DNA of 57,842 nucleotides from Nitrospirota bacterium (GCA_040758355.1 JBFLWF010000016.1:1-57842), one strand, 5' to 3'. Numbered from the stretch's first letter, positions 38,873-48,274 are shown. The notes: generated by a model from the letters alone, not told the origin. A program made the numbers and translations.

Positions 38873-39911
38873 ACGATATATCCTCTTTAGCCAAATTTTT
38901 CAGAGAGAAATTTTCACTGGGGCCCTTATGCAAGGCATTTGCAATGATTTCGTGCACCTTTTTCTTTGCCATCTCACCTGCGACACGTATGGCATTTTTT
39001 ATGGCCCTTGCAGAAGAACGGCCGTGGCTTATGATGCATGTCCCATTTATGCCGAGGAGAGGTGCTCCACCATATTCGGAGTAGTCTGTCCTTTTTTTGA
39101 AGTTCTTTATGGCCGGCTTTATCATCATGTAGCCGAGTTTGCCGGTAGTTACATTGGCAATTTCGTGTTTCAGCATCTTCATGATAGTTTCGGCAAGTCC
39201 CTCGCTTACCTTTAAAACGATATTCCCTATAAAGCCGTCGCAGACTATTACATCCGCATTTCCTGAAAAGATGTCTTTTCCTTCTATGTTGCCTGTAAAA
39301 TTCAGGTCGGCATTCTTTAAAAGCTTAAAGGCCTCTTTTGTCAACTCGTTTCCTTTAGTGTCTTCCTCTCCGATGCTTAACAGGGCGATCCTCGGAGACG
39401 ATATATCAAAGATGGCCTTATAATAGGCATTTCCCATATGGGCGAATTCGAGGAGGTTTTCGGGTTTGCAGTCGACATTTGCCCCTGCATCGATAAGGAG
39501 AAAATATCCGGTCAAGGAGGGCATTATAGTTGCTATTGCAGGCCTGTCCACATTTGACAGTTTGCCGAGTACAAACAGGGCTGTTGCCATTGCAACACCC
39601 GAATGTCCGGCGCTCACTGCAGCGTCTGCTTCTCCGCTTTTTACCAGATCCACTGCCTTTCGAATGGATGAGTCCTTTTTCCTTCTGAGAGCAGTAGTAG
39701 GCGATTCATGCATCTCAACAACCTCTGATGCATGATAGATGGATATTCTTTCTGAGGGGTAGCGCCAGTTCCGGAGAGATTCGGTTATTTTCTGCCTGTC
39801 TCCTATAAGTATGACATGGATGTCGTCATACTCTCTTACTGCCTCCAATGCCCCTGCTATTGTTACATCAGGGGCAAAGTCCCCTCCCATTGCATCGAGG
39901 GCAATCCTCAT
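38859..39911 (-). CDS. plsX: Phosphate acyltransferase PlsX
   Basis: ALDAMGGD, DAGAN, IGEE..KG, CDGFIGN, HGRS. Confidence 0.97.
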   Translation of the reverse strand: MRIALDAMGGDFAPDVTIAGALEAVREYDDIHVILIGDRQKITESLRNWRYPSERISIYHASEVVEMHESPTTALRRKKDSSIRKAVDLVKSGEADAAVSAGHSGVAMATALFVLGKLSNVDRPAIATIMPSLTGYFLLIDAGANVDCKPENLLEFAHMGNAYYKAIFDISSPRIALLSIGEEDTKGNELTKEAFKLLKNADLNFTGNIEGKDIFSGNADVIVCDGFIGNIVLKVSEGLAETIMKMLKHEIANVTTGKLGYMMIKPAIKNFKKRTDYSEYGGAPLLGINGTCIISHGRSSARAIKNAIRVAGEMAKKKVHEIIANALHKGPSENFSLKNLAKEDISYVKG

Positions 39912-40096
39912 AATTCTTTAGACACTACCTCGAGGATCTTTTTGCCATTGTAAGAGCCGCAATGAGCGCATGCCCTGTGCGGAGGCTTTAATTCCTTGCA
40001 GTCAGGGCACTCCACGAGGTTGGGAAGCTGTCCCTTCCAGTTGGCCCTCCTTTTGTCCCTTCTTGACCTTGAATGGCGATGCGTTGGATTAGCCAT
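39908..40096 (-). CDS. rpmF: 50S ribosomal protein L32
   Basis: MANP..RHSRSRRDKRR, CPDC...HRAC..CGSY. Confidence 0.95.
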   Translation of the reverse strand: MANPTHRHSRSRRDKRRANWKGQLPNLVECPDCKELKPPHRACAHCGSYNGKKILEVVSKEL

Positions 40097-40114
40097 TGTT
40101 TACTCCTTTCAGGG

Positions 40115-40149
40115 CATAAGGGGAACTCCGTTCCCCTTATGATATCCCC
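40115..40149 (-). repeat. GGGG-led hairpin family, copy 4
   Basis: Minus strand GGGGATAT-CATAAGGGGAAC-GGA-GTTCCCCTTATG (perfect 12-bp stem) between yceD and rpmF. Confidence 0.75.
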
Positions 40150-40153
40150 TTTT

Positions 40154-40672
40154 TTAAGTTTTATTTTTTTTCCCTAACAGTTGCTTTAATACTGCCAGTC
40201 TCGAATCTATCTCTGAAGCAGCGCAGCTACACTGCGTCATATTCAAATCAACGCCGCATTTGGGACATAATCCCTTGCAACCCTCGGAACAGAGCGGCTT
40301 CATGGGCACACTCAGCACCAACTGCTCTTTTAACAGGTCCTCTGTATCGAGGATGTCGTTTTTGTAAAATCCGGTATCGAGTTCGTCACCCTTCAGCTCG
40401 TAGTGCTCTTCTTTATTAATCTCGGAGGCAGGGTGATAGACAACATTTATCATGGAGTCTATGTCCATGCCGAATATCTTCAGGCATCTGCTGCATTGAA
40501 GCTCAACAGTGCCTTTTGCTGTTCCTGTTATGATAACCTCTGACCCCTTTTTGTCAATCCTGAGAGAGGCCTTTACAGGCGATACTATTGCAATAGATTC
40601 GTCAGAGGAAATCTTCTCTGTTAATTCAAGCTCTAATCCCTCTTCAGGGATTTCTGAAATTATTACCTTCAT
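40154..40672 (-). CDS. yceD: DUF177/YceD family protein
   Basis: CSRCL, PMKPLC...CKGLCPKCG, DSRLAVL; upstream of rpmF. Confidence 0.93.
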   Translation of the reverse strand: MKVIISEIPEEGLELELTEKISSDESIAIVSPVKASLRIDKKGSEVIITGTAKGTVELQCSRCLKIFGMDIDSMINVVYHPASEINKEEHYELKGDELDTGFYKNDILDTEDLLKEQLVLSVPMKPLCSEGCKGLCPKCGVDLNMTQCSCAASEIDSRLAVLKQLLGKKNKT

Positions 40673-40761
40673 AGACCAAAAAGGGAAAAGTCCGCAAAAT
40701 ATAGTGTTAAGTTAATTACTATAACGATTAAGTCAAAATTTTGTCAACCTAATCTGGGCGA

Positions 40762-40816
40762 TTTTGTAAGGTAGGCACTGCTCCAAGACTCTTTCCGCAG
40801 CACCTACCTTACAAAA
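40762..40816. repeat. REP-like inverted repeat in a divergent intergenic region
   Basis: TTTTGTAAGGTAGG-CACTGC ... GCAGCA-CCTACCTTACAAAA (14-bp perfect outer stem). Confidence 0.7.
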
Positions 40817-40889
40817 CACAATAAAGAATTGCTCAATTTAGGGTCAATGAATTGGCCTGTGATAAAGTGTTAAAATGTAACAGAAAGGG

Positions 40890-42467
40890 GTGATAATGCT
40901 TGATTATCTTATAAAAAATGGAATGGTCTTTGACGGCAGCGGTTCGGAGCCTGTTGAGACAAATATCGGCATAAGCGGAGACAGGATAACCTACTTAGGC
41001 AATGAGGAAATCCCTGCAAGAGAAGCGATTGATGCGAAAGGACTTATTGTTTCTCCTGGATTCATCGATACGCATGCCCATTCCGAATTTAACCTCCTCG
41101 CAGATGGAAGGGCAGAGGGAAAGATTTCTCAGGGAGTCACTACAGAGATAAACGGCAATTGCGGGCTTTCGGCTGCACCCCTTTATGGAGAAGCCTTTGA
41201 ACACAGGGAAGCCGATCTGAAAGAACTCGGAATAAAAGAGAGATGGTCGACTTTTAAAGAATATTTCAATATCCTGAGAAATAAAGGCATTGCAATAAAT
41301 TTTGCGACATTATGCGGACATGGAAATATACGGGCATCGGTAATGGGTTATAAAGATATAATGCCCGATGAAAATGCCATGAATGAAATGAAGCGGCTTT
41401 TATTGGAGGCCGTAGAGCAGGGAGCAAAAGGCATCTCAACAGGATTAATTTATCCTCCCGGCGTTTATTCAACTACTGATGAATTGATTGAATTATGTAA
41501 AACCTTGAATTATTCCGAACTCCGAAAACTCATTTATGCCTCTCACATGAGAAGCGAGGGCGATGCCCTTATTGAGGCCATTGAGGAGGTTATCACGATA
41601 GGAAGAGAAGCTCATGTGAATGTTCATATATCCCATATAAAGACAGCAGGTGAAAGGAACTGGTGGAAGATTGACAATGCCATCGAATTGATTGAAAGGG
41701 CGAGAAATGAAGATGTGAATTTAACCTGCGATAGATACCCTTACACCGCAGCCAGTACGGATCTCGATACAATTCTGCCTTCATGGGTATATGATGGAGG
41801 CGTGGATGAAGAATTAAGGAGGCTTAGGGACCCCGATATCTCAAAAAGAATTAAGGCTGAAATTGGCCAGAAAGATGAAAATTACTGGAAAGGGGTTTGT
41901 ATCTCATCCGTTGCAAAATCTGAAAACAAATGGATGGAAGGGGAGAGTGTTTTTGATATTGCATTGAAATTGGAAAAACGGCCTGAAGATGTCCTTTTCG
42001 AAATCCTTATAGATGAGAAGGTAAGGGCAGGTGCAATATTTTTTTCCATGAGCGAGGATAATTTAAAGAAATTTCTGTCTCTTCCCTATGCAATGATAGG
42101 CTCGGACAGCTCTGTTAGAAGCTTTTCAGGCCCGACATTTACAGGAAAGCCGCATCCAAGGGCATTCGGGAGCTTTCCGAGATTCATATCGAAATATGTG
42201 AAGAATGAAGGATTGATGCCTCTTTCAGAAGCTATAAAAAAGATGACATATCTTCCCGCCTTAGCCTTTGGTCTGAAAGAGCGCGGCCTTATAAAAGAGG
42301 GCTTTTATGCCGATATTGCAGTATTCGACCACGATAAGATTATTGACAGGGCGACATTCAAAGAGCCTTATAAGAAGTCCGAAGGCATTGCATATGTTTT
42401 TGTTAATGGTAAGTTGGCGGTTAAAGAAGGGGAATTCACAGGGGGCATTTCTGGAAGGATTATATAG
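40890..42467 (+). CDS. N-acyl-D-amino-acid deacylase (amidohydrolase)
   Basis: PGFIDTHAH, GNCG, HMRSE, HISHIK, IGSDS, HPRAFGSFPR. Confidence 0.92.
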   Translation: MIMLDYLIKNGMVFDGSGSEPVETNIGISGDRITYLGNEEIPAREAIDAKGLIVSPGFIDTHAHSEFNLLADGRAEGKISQGVTTEINGNCGLSAAPLYGEAFEHREADLKELGIKERWSTFKEYFNILRNKGIAINFATLCGHGNIRASVMGYKDIMPDENAMNEMKRLLLEAVEQGAKGISTGLIYPPGVYSTTDELIELCKTLNYSELRKLIYASHMRSEGDALIEAIEEVITIGREAHVNVHISHIKTAGERNWWKIDNAIELIERARNEDVNLTCDRYPYTAASTDLDTILPSWVYDGGVDEELRRLRDPDISKRIKAEIGQKDENYWKGVCISSVAKSENKWMEGESVFDIALKLEKRPEDVLFEILIDEKVRAGAIFFSMSEDNLKKFLSLPYAMIGSDSSVRSFSGPTFTGKPHPRAFGSFPRFISKYVKNEGLMPLSEAIKKMTYLPALAFGLKERGLIKEGFYADIAVFDHDKIIDRATFKEPYKKSEGIAYVFVNGKLAVKEGEFTGGISGRII

Positions 42468-43175
42468 ATGAAGCCGATTATTGGCATAACTGCTGACATG
42501 GATGAGAATATTTATAAGCTTAAGCAGGATTATATCTCATCTGTTGCTAAGTCAAGCGGCCTGCCTCTGATTTTGGCACCCATAATTGATAATGCAAGCC
42601 GGATTGCAGATATTATCGACGGCCTATTATTGCCAGGAGGCGACGACCTTCTGCCTGAATATTACGGCGAGGATATTTCTGTGCCTTTAGAAAAATTGAA
42701 ATTTGTAAAAAAAGAGAGAAGCGATTTCGAGATTGCTATTTTAAAAGAGATAGCGAAGCGACAGAAGCCTGTTTTAGCCATATGCTACGGAATGCAGCTT
42801 GTGAATGTCGCCTTTGGAGGAAGCCTTTATCAGGATATGGAAATGCAGGTAAAAGGCGCTGTTAATCATAAGACTGGCCAGCATGCTATAAAAATTGACG
42901 AATCATTCTGTTCCATATTCAATATCCCGCAATCAGCAATCAGTCTACAAGACCCTGTGGGCAGTCAGCAATTGGTTAACTCCTCCCACCATCAGGCAGT
43001 CAAAGTACTTGCAGACGGTTTTGAGGTTTTTGCAGTGTCGGAGGACGGGATAGTAGAGGGATTCTATAAAAAGGATTATCCTTTTTTTATTTGTGTTCAG
43101 TGGCATCCGGAACGCATATTTTATGATAAACTTTCATTAGGGATATTTGAGGAATTTATAAAAAAGAGTCATTAA
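42468..43175 (+). CDS. Class I glutamine amidotransferase (PuuD/peptidase C26 family)
   Basis: LPGGDD, AICYGMQ, VNSSHHQAV, VQWHPE. Confidence 0.92.
   Translation: MKPIIGITADMDENIYKLKQDYISSVAKSSGLPLILAPIIDNASRIADIIDGLLLPGGDDLLPEYYGEDISVPLEKLKFVKKERSDFEIAILKEIAKRQKPVLAICYGMQLVNVAFGGSLYQDMEMQVKGAVNHKTGQHAIKIDESFCSIFNIPQSAISLQDPVGSQQLVNSSHHQAVKVLADGFEVFAVSEDGIVEGFYKKDYPFFICVQWHPERIFYDKLSLGIFEEFIKKSH
42913..42972 (+). repeat. Degenerate in-frame heptamer insert in the GATase gene
   Basis: ..CGCAATC AGCAATC AGT...GGCAGTC AGCAATT.., translated NIPQSAISLQDPVGSQQL just before VNSSHHQ. Confidence 0.5.
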
Positions 43176-43222
43176 GTCATTAAGTTTTAATTGCTCGATA
43201 ACTTAATAACTTATTGACTTAA
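43167..43222. repeat. Octamer-repeat hairpin overlapping the GATase stop
   Basis: AGTCATTA AGTCATTA AGTT ... TAACTTAA TAACTTAT TGACTTAA. Confidence 0.75.
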
Positions 43223-43233
43223 AATGGAGTGCT

Positions 43234-44283
43234 ATGGCAGTTAATAGGTTTTATTTTATAACATTGACATTTCTTGTATTGGTACTGGGCTATTTGAGCT
43301 ACCAGATACTTAAGCCATTTTTGTCTCCAATAGCATGGGCTATTGTCCTTTCACTGGTGTTCTACCCTATTTATGCCTTTTTACTCAGATATATAAAATT
43401 GCGAACTGTGGCATCTTTTATTACCCTCGGCATAATACTGATTATTATTCTGGGGCCATTTTCTTATCTGTCCTTTTTGCTTGTAAAGGAACTGAAACAC
43501 ATATCGGATTATGTGGAAGGAGGAAGGTTTGAAACACTTCAAAGTGCACTGGAGCATCCGGGCGCCAAGGCCATGATGGATAGAATTACATCTCTGTTCA
43601 ATATAACAGAAGCTGAATTGGATAAGGCCGTTATAGATGGCATCTCAAAATTTGGGAAGGATTTGATTGGCAGGATTACAAAGGGGATGGGCGATGTTGT
43701 GACCGTGGCGCTAAACTTTGTTTTTATGGCCTTTGCCATATTCTTCCTTCTTAAAGACGGCTCTGAATTTCTGAAGAGGATTCTGGATTATATGCCCTTT
43801 TCTGAGGAACAGAAGGACAGGCTGACCACGCAAATCAGGGACATCATAATATCAACTGTTTACGGAGGTGTTGTGGTTGCCATTATACAGGGAATTATAG
43901 GCGGGTTTGCCTTCTATATACTTGGAATTCCTTCTCCTGTTGTATGGGGATTGGCAACTTCCATAGCCTCATTCATACCCCTGATCGGCGCATTTGCCGT
44001 ATGGGGGCCTGCCACTGTATATCTGTTTCTTCAAGGCGCAGTATTGAAGGGTGTTGCCCTTGCAATTGTTGGCGTTTTTGGAATAAGCTTAATCGATAAT
44101 GTCTTAAAACCCATCATAATCGGCGGCAGGACAAAGATGCCGATCCTTGCCATATTTTTCAGTGTGCTGGGAGGAATCAAGCTGTTCGGATTAATCGGGC
44201 TTGTAATGGGGCCGTTGGTGCTGGCGATTTTTGTATCGGTGGTAGAAATATTTAGAAATGTAGAAGGAGGATACCATGCTTGA
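43234..44283 (+). CDS. AI-2E family transporter
   Basis: PFLSPIAWA, FFLLKDG, FIPLIG, IDNVLKP, FGLIGLVMGP. Confidence 0.93.
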   Translation: MAVNRFYFITLTFLVLVLGYLSYQILKPFLSPIAWAIVLSLVFYPIYAFLLRYIKLRTVASFITLGIILIIILGPFSYLSFLLVKELKHISDYVEGGRFETLQSALEHPGAKAMMDRITSLFNITEAELDKAVIDGISKFGKDLIGRITKGMGDVVTVALNFVFMAFAIFFLLKDGSEFLKRILDYMPFSEEQKDRLTTQIRDIIISTVYGGVVVAIIQGIIGGFAFYILGIPSPVVWGLATSIASFIPLIGAFAVWGPATVYLFLQGAVLKGVALAIVGVFGISLIDNVLKPIIIGGRTKMPILAIFFSVLGGIKLFGLIGLVMGPLVLAIFVSVVEIFRNVEGGYHA

Positions 44284-45391
44284 CAGGACAGAATTAAGGG
44301 AAATCGCATCAATGGAGGGCGGTTATTTTGTGAGTCTTTATCTCAATGTAGACCCTATGTTCAATACAAAGGGCGACTATATGGTGCATTTCAAAAACAT
44401 GATGAAGAATACCGTGGATTCACTGGACAAGGCTGCGTATAAAGCAGTGAAGGATGATCTTGAAAAGGTGGAAAACTATGTCATTTCGAATAAGAGGATG
44501 TTCAGGAAGGGGTTGGCGATTATCAGTTCTACGGCCAAATCGTTCTGGAAGGAATATAACATCAACGTCCCTGTAAAGAACGAACTCATCGTTGATAAAA
44601 CACCATATGCAAAGCCATTGATGGATATTCTCGATAACTATCAGAGGTATGCAGTTTTGCTCGTTGATAAGGAATCTGCGAGGATATTCACTGTCCATCT
44701 CGGAGAAATCGTTGAATACGGCGAAGTCCATACGCCTGCTATCCCTGGAAAACATAAAAAGGGAGGATGGTTTGCCCTTTCCCAGAACCATTATGAAAGG
44801 CATATAGATTTCCATATCGGCATGCACCTCAAGGATGTTGTGGAAAAGGTGGATTCATTCCTCAGCGGTGAATACATCGGAAGACTGATAATCGGCGGTT
44901 CTGACGAGGCTGTTTCCATGGTAAAGGTAATGCTCCATAAAACAATCCTTGATAGGGTTATAGGCACAGCCAGGGTTGAGATGTTTGCAAAGAGCGAAGA
45001 AGTGCTGAGAAGGGTCGATCCCATTGTTTCTGCATATGAGAGAAAGAAAGAGGAAGAGACCGTGGAAAGCCTTATTGCAAAAGCCCTGAAGAAGGAAAAT
45101 GCCGTGCTCGGATTGGACAATGTGATTAGTGCACTTCAGGAGCAGAGGGTAATGAAGCTCGTTTTTGTAAAGGATTATAAGGCAAATGGATACAACTGCA
45201 GTTCCTGCAATTATTTGAGTGTGCAGAAGATCGATTCCTGCCCATACTGCAAAGGGAAGATGGACGCTGTTGATTACATGGTGGATTTAGCAGGGCAAAA
45301 GGCAATTCAGCAGAGTGCACTCATCGAGGTCGTCTCAGAAAGCAAGAAGCTGCTCGATGCAGGAGGAATAGGGGCATTTCTGAGATTCTAA
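44276..45391 (+). CDS. Bacterial archaeo-eukaryotic release factor 1-like protein (baeRF/Vms1-like)
   Basis: VSLYLNVD, LLVDKESARIF, HKKGGWFALSQNHYERH, C-terminal CxxC..CxxC and GGIGAFLRF. Confidence 0.85.
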   Translation: MLDRTELREIASMEGGYFVSLYLNVDPMFNTKGDYMVHFKNMMKNTVDSLDKAAYKAVKDDLEKVENYVISNKRMFRKGLAIISSTAKSFWKEYNINVPVKNELIVDKTPYAKPLMDILDNYQRYAVLLVDKESARIFTVHLGEIVEYGEVHTPAIPGKHKKGGWFALSQNHYERHIDFHIGMHLKDVVEKVDSFLSGEYIGRLIIGGSDEAVSMVKVMLHKTILDRVIGTARVEMFAKSEEVLRRVDPIVSAYERKKEEETVESLIAKALKKENAVLGLDNVISALQEQRVMKLVFVKDYKANGYNCSSCNYLSVQKIDSCPYCKGKMDAVDYMVDLAGQKAIQQSALIEVVSESKKLLDAGGIGAFLRF

Positions 45392-45393
45392 AA

Positions 45394-45594
45394 ATGGGGA
45401 AGAGGGGTTTAAAGAAAAGGGCAGAGAGCCTGAGATTGCAAATATTAAAGCATGAGAATAAAATAAAGCATGAAATGGCAAAACAGCTTCCCGATGAAGG
45501 AAAGATTCATCATTGGGAAGCTGAAATAAAGGCATTTAAGAATAATCTTTTGAGGGTATTAAAGAGGTTAAAAAATGAAGACATTGACGTATAA
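45394..45594 (+). CDS. Small basic hypothetical protein
   Basis: 66-aa ORF (HENKI..PDEGKIHHWEAEIKAF) tightly packed after baeRF. Confidence 0.6.
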   Translation: MGKRGLKKRAESLRLQILKHENKIKHEMAKQLPDEGKIHHWEAEIKAFKNNLLRVLKRLKNEDIDV

Positions 45595-45802
45595 AAAGGC
45601 AAAAATTAACAAGACACTTTTGGCTCTCTTGAATGAGTATGAAGAGGAATGCCTCAATGCAGTGAAACTTATCGAGGGACTGAAACTCGAAGCGCTGACA
45701 GAAGAACAGCTTGAAGATATGCTCGGAGAGCTTTCAGCATCTATCACGCATCTCAAAATCCATTCCGAGCAGATGGAAAGATTGATAGAGGAAACTCTTT
45801 AA
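45575..45802 (+). CDS. Small acidic hypothetical protein
   Basis: 75 aa, overlaps previous ORF by 20 nt; AGAGG upstream. Confidence 0.6.
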   Translation: MKTLTYKKAKINKTLLALLNEYEEECLNAVKLIEGLKLEALTEEQLEDMLGELSASITHLKIHSEQMERLIEETL

Positions 45803-45803
45803 G

Positions 45804-45866
45804 ATTTAAGCTCAATTCAGCCATAGGCGTATAGACGCAATAGTTGCGGATGTGAATGAGTTAGGC
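45804..45866 (+). other. Degenerate attC-like site
   Basis: ATTTAAG-CTCAATTCA...CGCAA-TAG-TTGCG...TGAATGA-GTTAGGC; ends in GTTRRRY. Confidence 0.4.
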
Positions 45867-45892
45867 GAAATCAGCCACTATCAAAAAAAATT

Positions 45893-46351
45893 ATGAATGA
45901 AGATTTTAAAAAGATAGTTGATAAACTTCCTGACCTATTGAGTCGTCTTATCAATTCCCCGATGAAGCCTTGGAGCGATCTTGGGAGTGTTCCCAGAAGG
46001 GGTATATATGTTTTTTACGAAAATAGTAAAGCTATCTATGTTGGACGTACAAATCGCATGAAAGACCGAATTAAAGAGCATGGTAGACCCAGTTCTACGC
46101 ACAATAGTGCACCTTTTGCCTTCAATTTGGCCAAGCGATCTGGAGAAGAAAAAGGGATTGATGTTAGCAAGCCTCGTGTTGAACTTGAGAAAGATCAATT
46201 GTTTGTACCGTTTTTTAGAGAGGCAAAGGAAAGAGTATCTAAAATGTCTGTTCGTGTGATTGAAATCAACGACCCTGTTCTTCAAACTATTTTTGAAGTG
46301 TATGCCTCTATCGATCTAAAAACGGAGTTTAACGACTTTGACACTCATTGA
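45893..46351 (+). CDS. GIY-YIG nuclease family protein in a cassette-like unit
   Basis: RGIYVF...IYVGRT..RIKEH; flanked by 20-bp inverted repeats (45860-45879, 46357-46376). Confidence 0.8.
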   Translation: MNEDFKKIVDKLPDLLSRLINSPMKPWSDLGSVPRRGIYVFYENSKAIYVGRTNRMKDRIKEHGRPSSTHNSAPFAFNLAKRSGEEKGIDVSKPRVELEKDQLFVPFFREAKERVSKMSVRVIEINDPVLQTIFEVYASIDLKTEFNDFDTH

Positions 46352-46369
46352 TAAGGAGTGGCTGCCTTC

Positions 46370-46436
46370 GCCTAACAGCGACACAAACGGTAAACTCACA
46401 AACCTGACGGTTTCACCCGTGCCGTAACCGTTAAAC
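46370..46436 (+). other. attC-like recombination site
   Basis: GCCTAAC (RYYYAAC) ... AAACC-TGAC-GGTTT ... GTTAAAC (GTTRRRY), 67 bp, right after the ORF stop. Confidence 0.55.
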
Positions 46437-46467
46437 GTTCATTGCAGTAGGAGGCTAAAACGCCAAC

Positions 46468-46665
46468 ATGAGAAAGCAATACAAAACTAAGAAAAGAAGT
46501 TGTGGATTATGCAAACCCTATAAGAAAGGCTGGGACAATAGGTGGAAGGCCAAGGACAGGGGAGCAATGTGTCGGGCAGAACAGGAAATTAAAGTTGCAA
46601 GCGAATCCTCTCTCAAAAAGGATTGGATGAAGCCAGAGGAAGACGAAGCATGGCGAAATTTGTAA
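46468..46665 (+). CDS. Small hypothetical protein, probably chimeric (CxxC N-terminus plus antitoxin-like tail)
   Basis: AGGAGG RBS; SCGLCKPYK then ASESSLKKDWMKPEEDEAWRNL. Confidence 0.55.
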   Translation: MRKQYKTKKRSCGLCKPYKKGWDNRWKAKDRGAMCRAEQEIKVASESSLKKDWMKPEEDEAWRNL

Positions 46666-46683
46666 AGGCCTGAAACTGAAAAA

Positions 46684-48249
46684 GTGAATATTCGGAATAT
46701 CATCTTATTTTTCTGTAGTGCTTTAATAATTTCTCTCCTTTCCTGCACATCTTCAAACCGCCTTGAGGGGTATGTCTATTACAGGTTGAATGCAAATCCC
46801 ACCACCCTTGACCCTGCACTGATTACAGATGTCTCAAGTGCATCAATTGCAGCAAAGCTTTTTAACGGGCTTGTCAAATTAAATGAGAATCTCGGGATAG
46901 CGCCAGACATTGCAGAGAGATGGGAAATATCAAAGGACGGCTTGAGATATAGGTTTTTTCTCAAAAAAGGAGTAAGATTTTCAAATGGCCGTGAGGTTAA
47001 GGCTCAGGATTTCAAATATTCCTTTGAGAGGATTTTAGACCCAAAGACAAAGTCTCCAAATACATGGGTCTTTGATAAGGTCGAGGGCGTAAAGGAATTT
47101 CAGAAAGGCCATGCTAAAGAAGTTAAAGGCTTTAAGGTTATTAATGACTATACATTTGAGATTAAACTCAGGAAGCCATTTTCACCGTTTTTAAGCATGC
47201 TCACCATGACGCCTGCCTATGTAATTCCAGAGGAAGAAGCTGAAAAATGGAAAAATGATTTTGCGAGCCATCCTTCAGGCACAGGGCCATTTATTTTAAA
47301 GAACTGGCTTCATAACAGGGAATTGGTTCTTGAGAAAAATGAGGATTATTTTGATAAAAAGGCAAAGGTCAAGGGAATTGTGTATAAAATTATTCCCGAA
47401 GACCTGACCGCCGTTACCGAGTTCGAGCTTGGAAATATCGATGTGATTTCCCTTCCTGCATCCGCTTATTCGAAATTCAAAAACGATAAAAACTGGAATA
47501 AATACATAATGTCCCTCGAAGGGCTTAATACCTATTATTTAGGCATGAATTCATCAATGTCTCCCTTTAATAATCCGGATCTCAGAAAGGCAGTTTCCTA
47601 TGCGATAGACAGAAAAAAAATTCTCAAAACATTCTATGAAGGCAGGGGAAGGCTTGCAGCAGGCCCTGTCCCAGATTTATTAAGAAAATGGGATGTAAAA
47701 GCAGGTAATAATTATGACCCGCAGAGGGCTAAGGAAATAATTAGAAGAAAAGGCATGTCAGGGATAAAAGTGAATATGTATGTTACTGCTGATCAGGATG
47801 TTGTAGACCTTGCAGAGATAATGCAATCGTATCTTTCAGAGGTTGGAATAAATATGAATATAAAGCAACTGGAATGGAGCGCATACAAAGATGCGGTGAA
47901 CAAGGGGGAGCCTGACATGTTCTGGCTTAGCTGGTGGGCTGATTATCCAGACCCTGAGAATTTTCTTTTTCCGCTGTTTCATTCATCCAATATAGGCCCT
48001 GCAGGTAACAGGACGAGATATGTCAACAAAGAGGTGGATACCCTGATAGAGAAAGGACAGAATTCGCTTAATGAGAAGGAGAGAAATAATTTCTATAAGA
48101 AGGCGGAAGAGATCATCATTCAAGACATGCCATGGGTATCTTTCTGGCACAGGACAGACTTTCTCATAAAACAGCCGTGGATAAAAGGCTATAAGGTTTA
48201 TCCGATTTACACGATGGACAAGGGCACAGAGGTAGCGATAGAAAGGTAG
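46684..48249 (+). CDS. Peptide/nickel ABC transporter substrate-binding lipoprotein (family 5)
   Basis: Lipobox LLSC, PTTLDPA, GTGPF, WWADYPDP. Confidence 0.93.
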   Translation: MNIRNIILFFCSALIISLLSCTSSNRLEGYVYYRLNANPTTLDPALITDVSSASIAAKLFNGLVKLNENLGIAPDIAERWEISKDGLRYRFFLKKGVRFSNGREVKAQDFKYSFERILDPKTKSPNTWVFDKVEGVKEFQKGHAKEVKGFKVINDYTFEIKLRKPFSPFLSMLTMTPAYVIPEEEAEKWKNDFASHPSGTGPFILKNWLHNRELVLEKNEDYFDKKAKVKGIVYKIIPEDLTAVTEFELGNIDVISLPASAYSKFKNDKNWNKYIMSLEGLNTYYLGMNSSMSPFNNPDLRKAVSYAIDRKKILKTFYEGRGRLAAGPVPDLLRKWDVKAGNNYDPQRAKEIIRRKGMSGIKVNMYVTADQDVVDLAEIMQSYLSEVGINMNIKQLEWSAYKDAVNKGEPDMFWLSWWADYPDPENFLFPLFHSSNIGPAGNRTRYVNKEVDTLIEKGQNSLNEKERNNFYKKAEEIIIQDMPWVSFWHRTDFLIKQPWIKGYKVYPIYTMDKGTEVAIER

Positions 48250-48274
48250 TCTGAAAATAGTGTACAATTTTGCG

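Noticed and set aside
38893..38925. Palindrome remnant (AAATTTTTC...GAAATTTT-CACTGGGGCCC) in the plsX 3' end, resembling the 6778 hairpin
   Set aside because: Too degenerate to call as an element without more copies.
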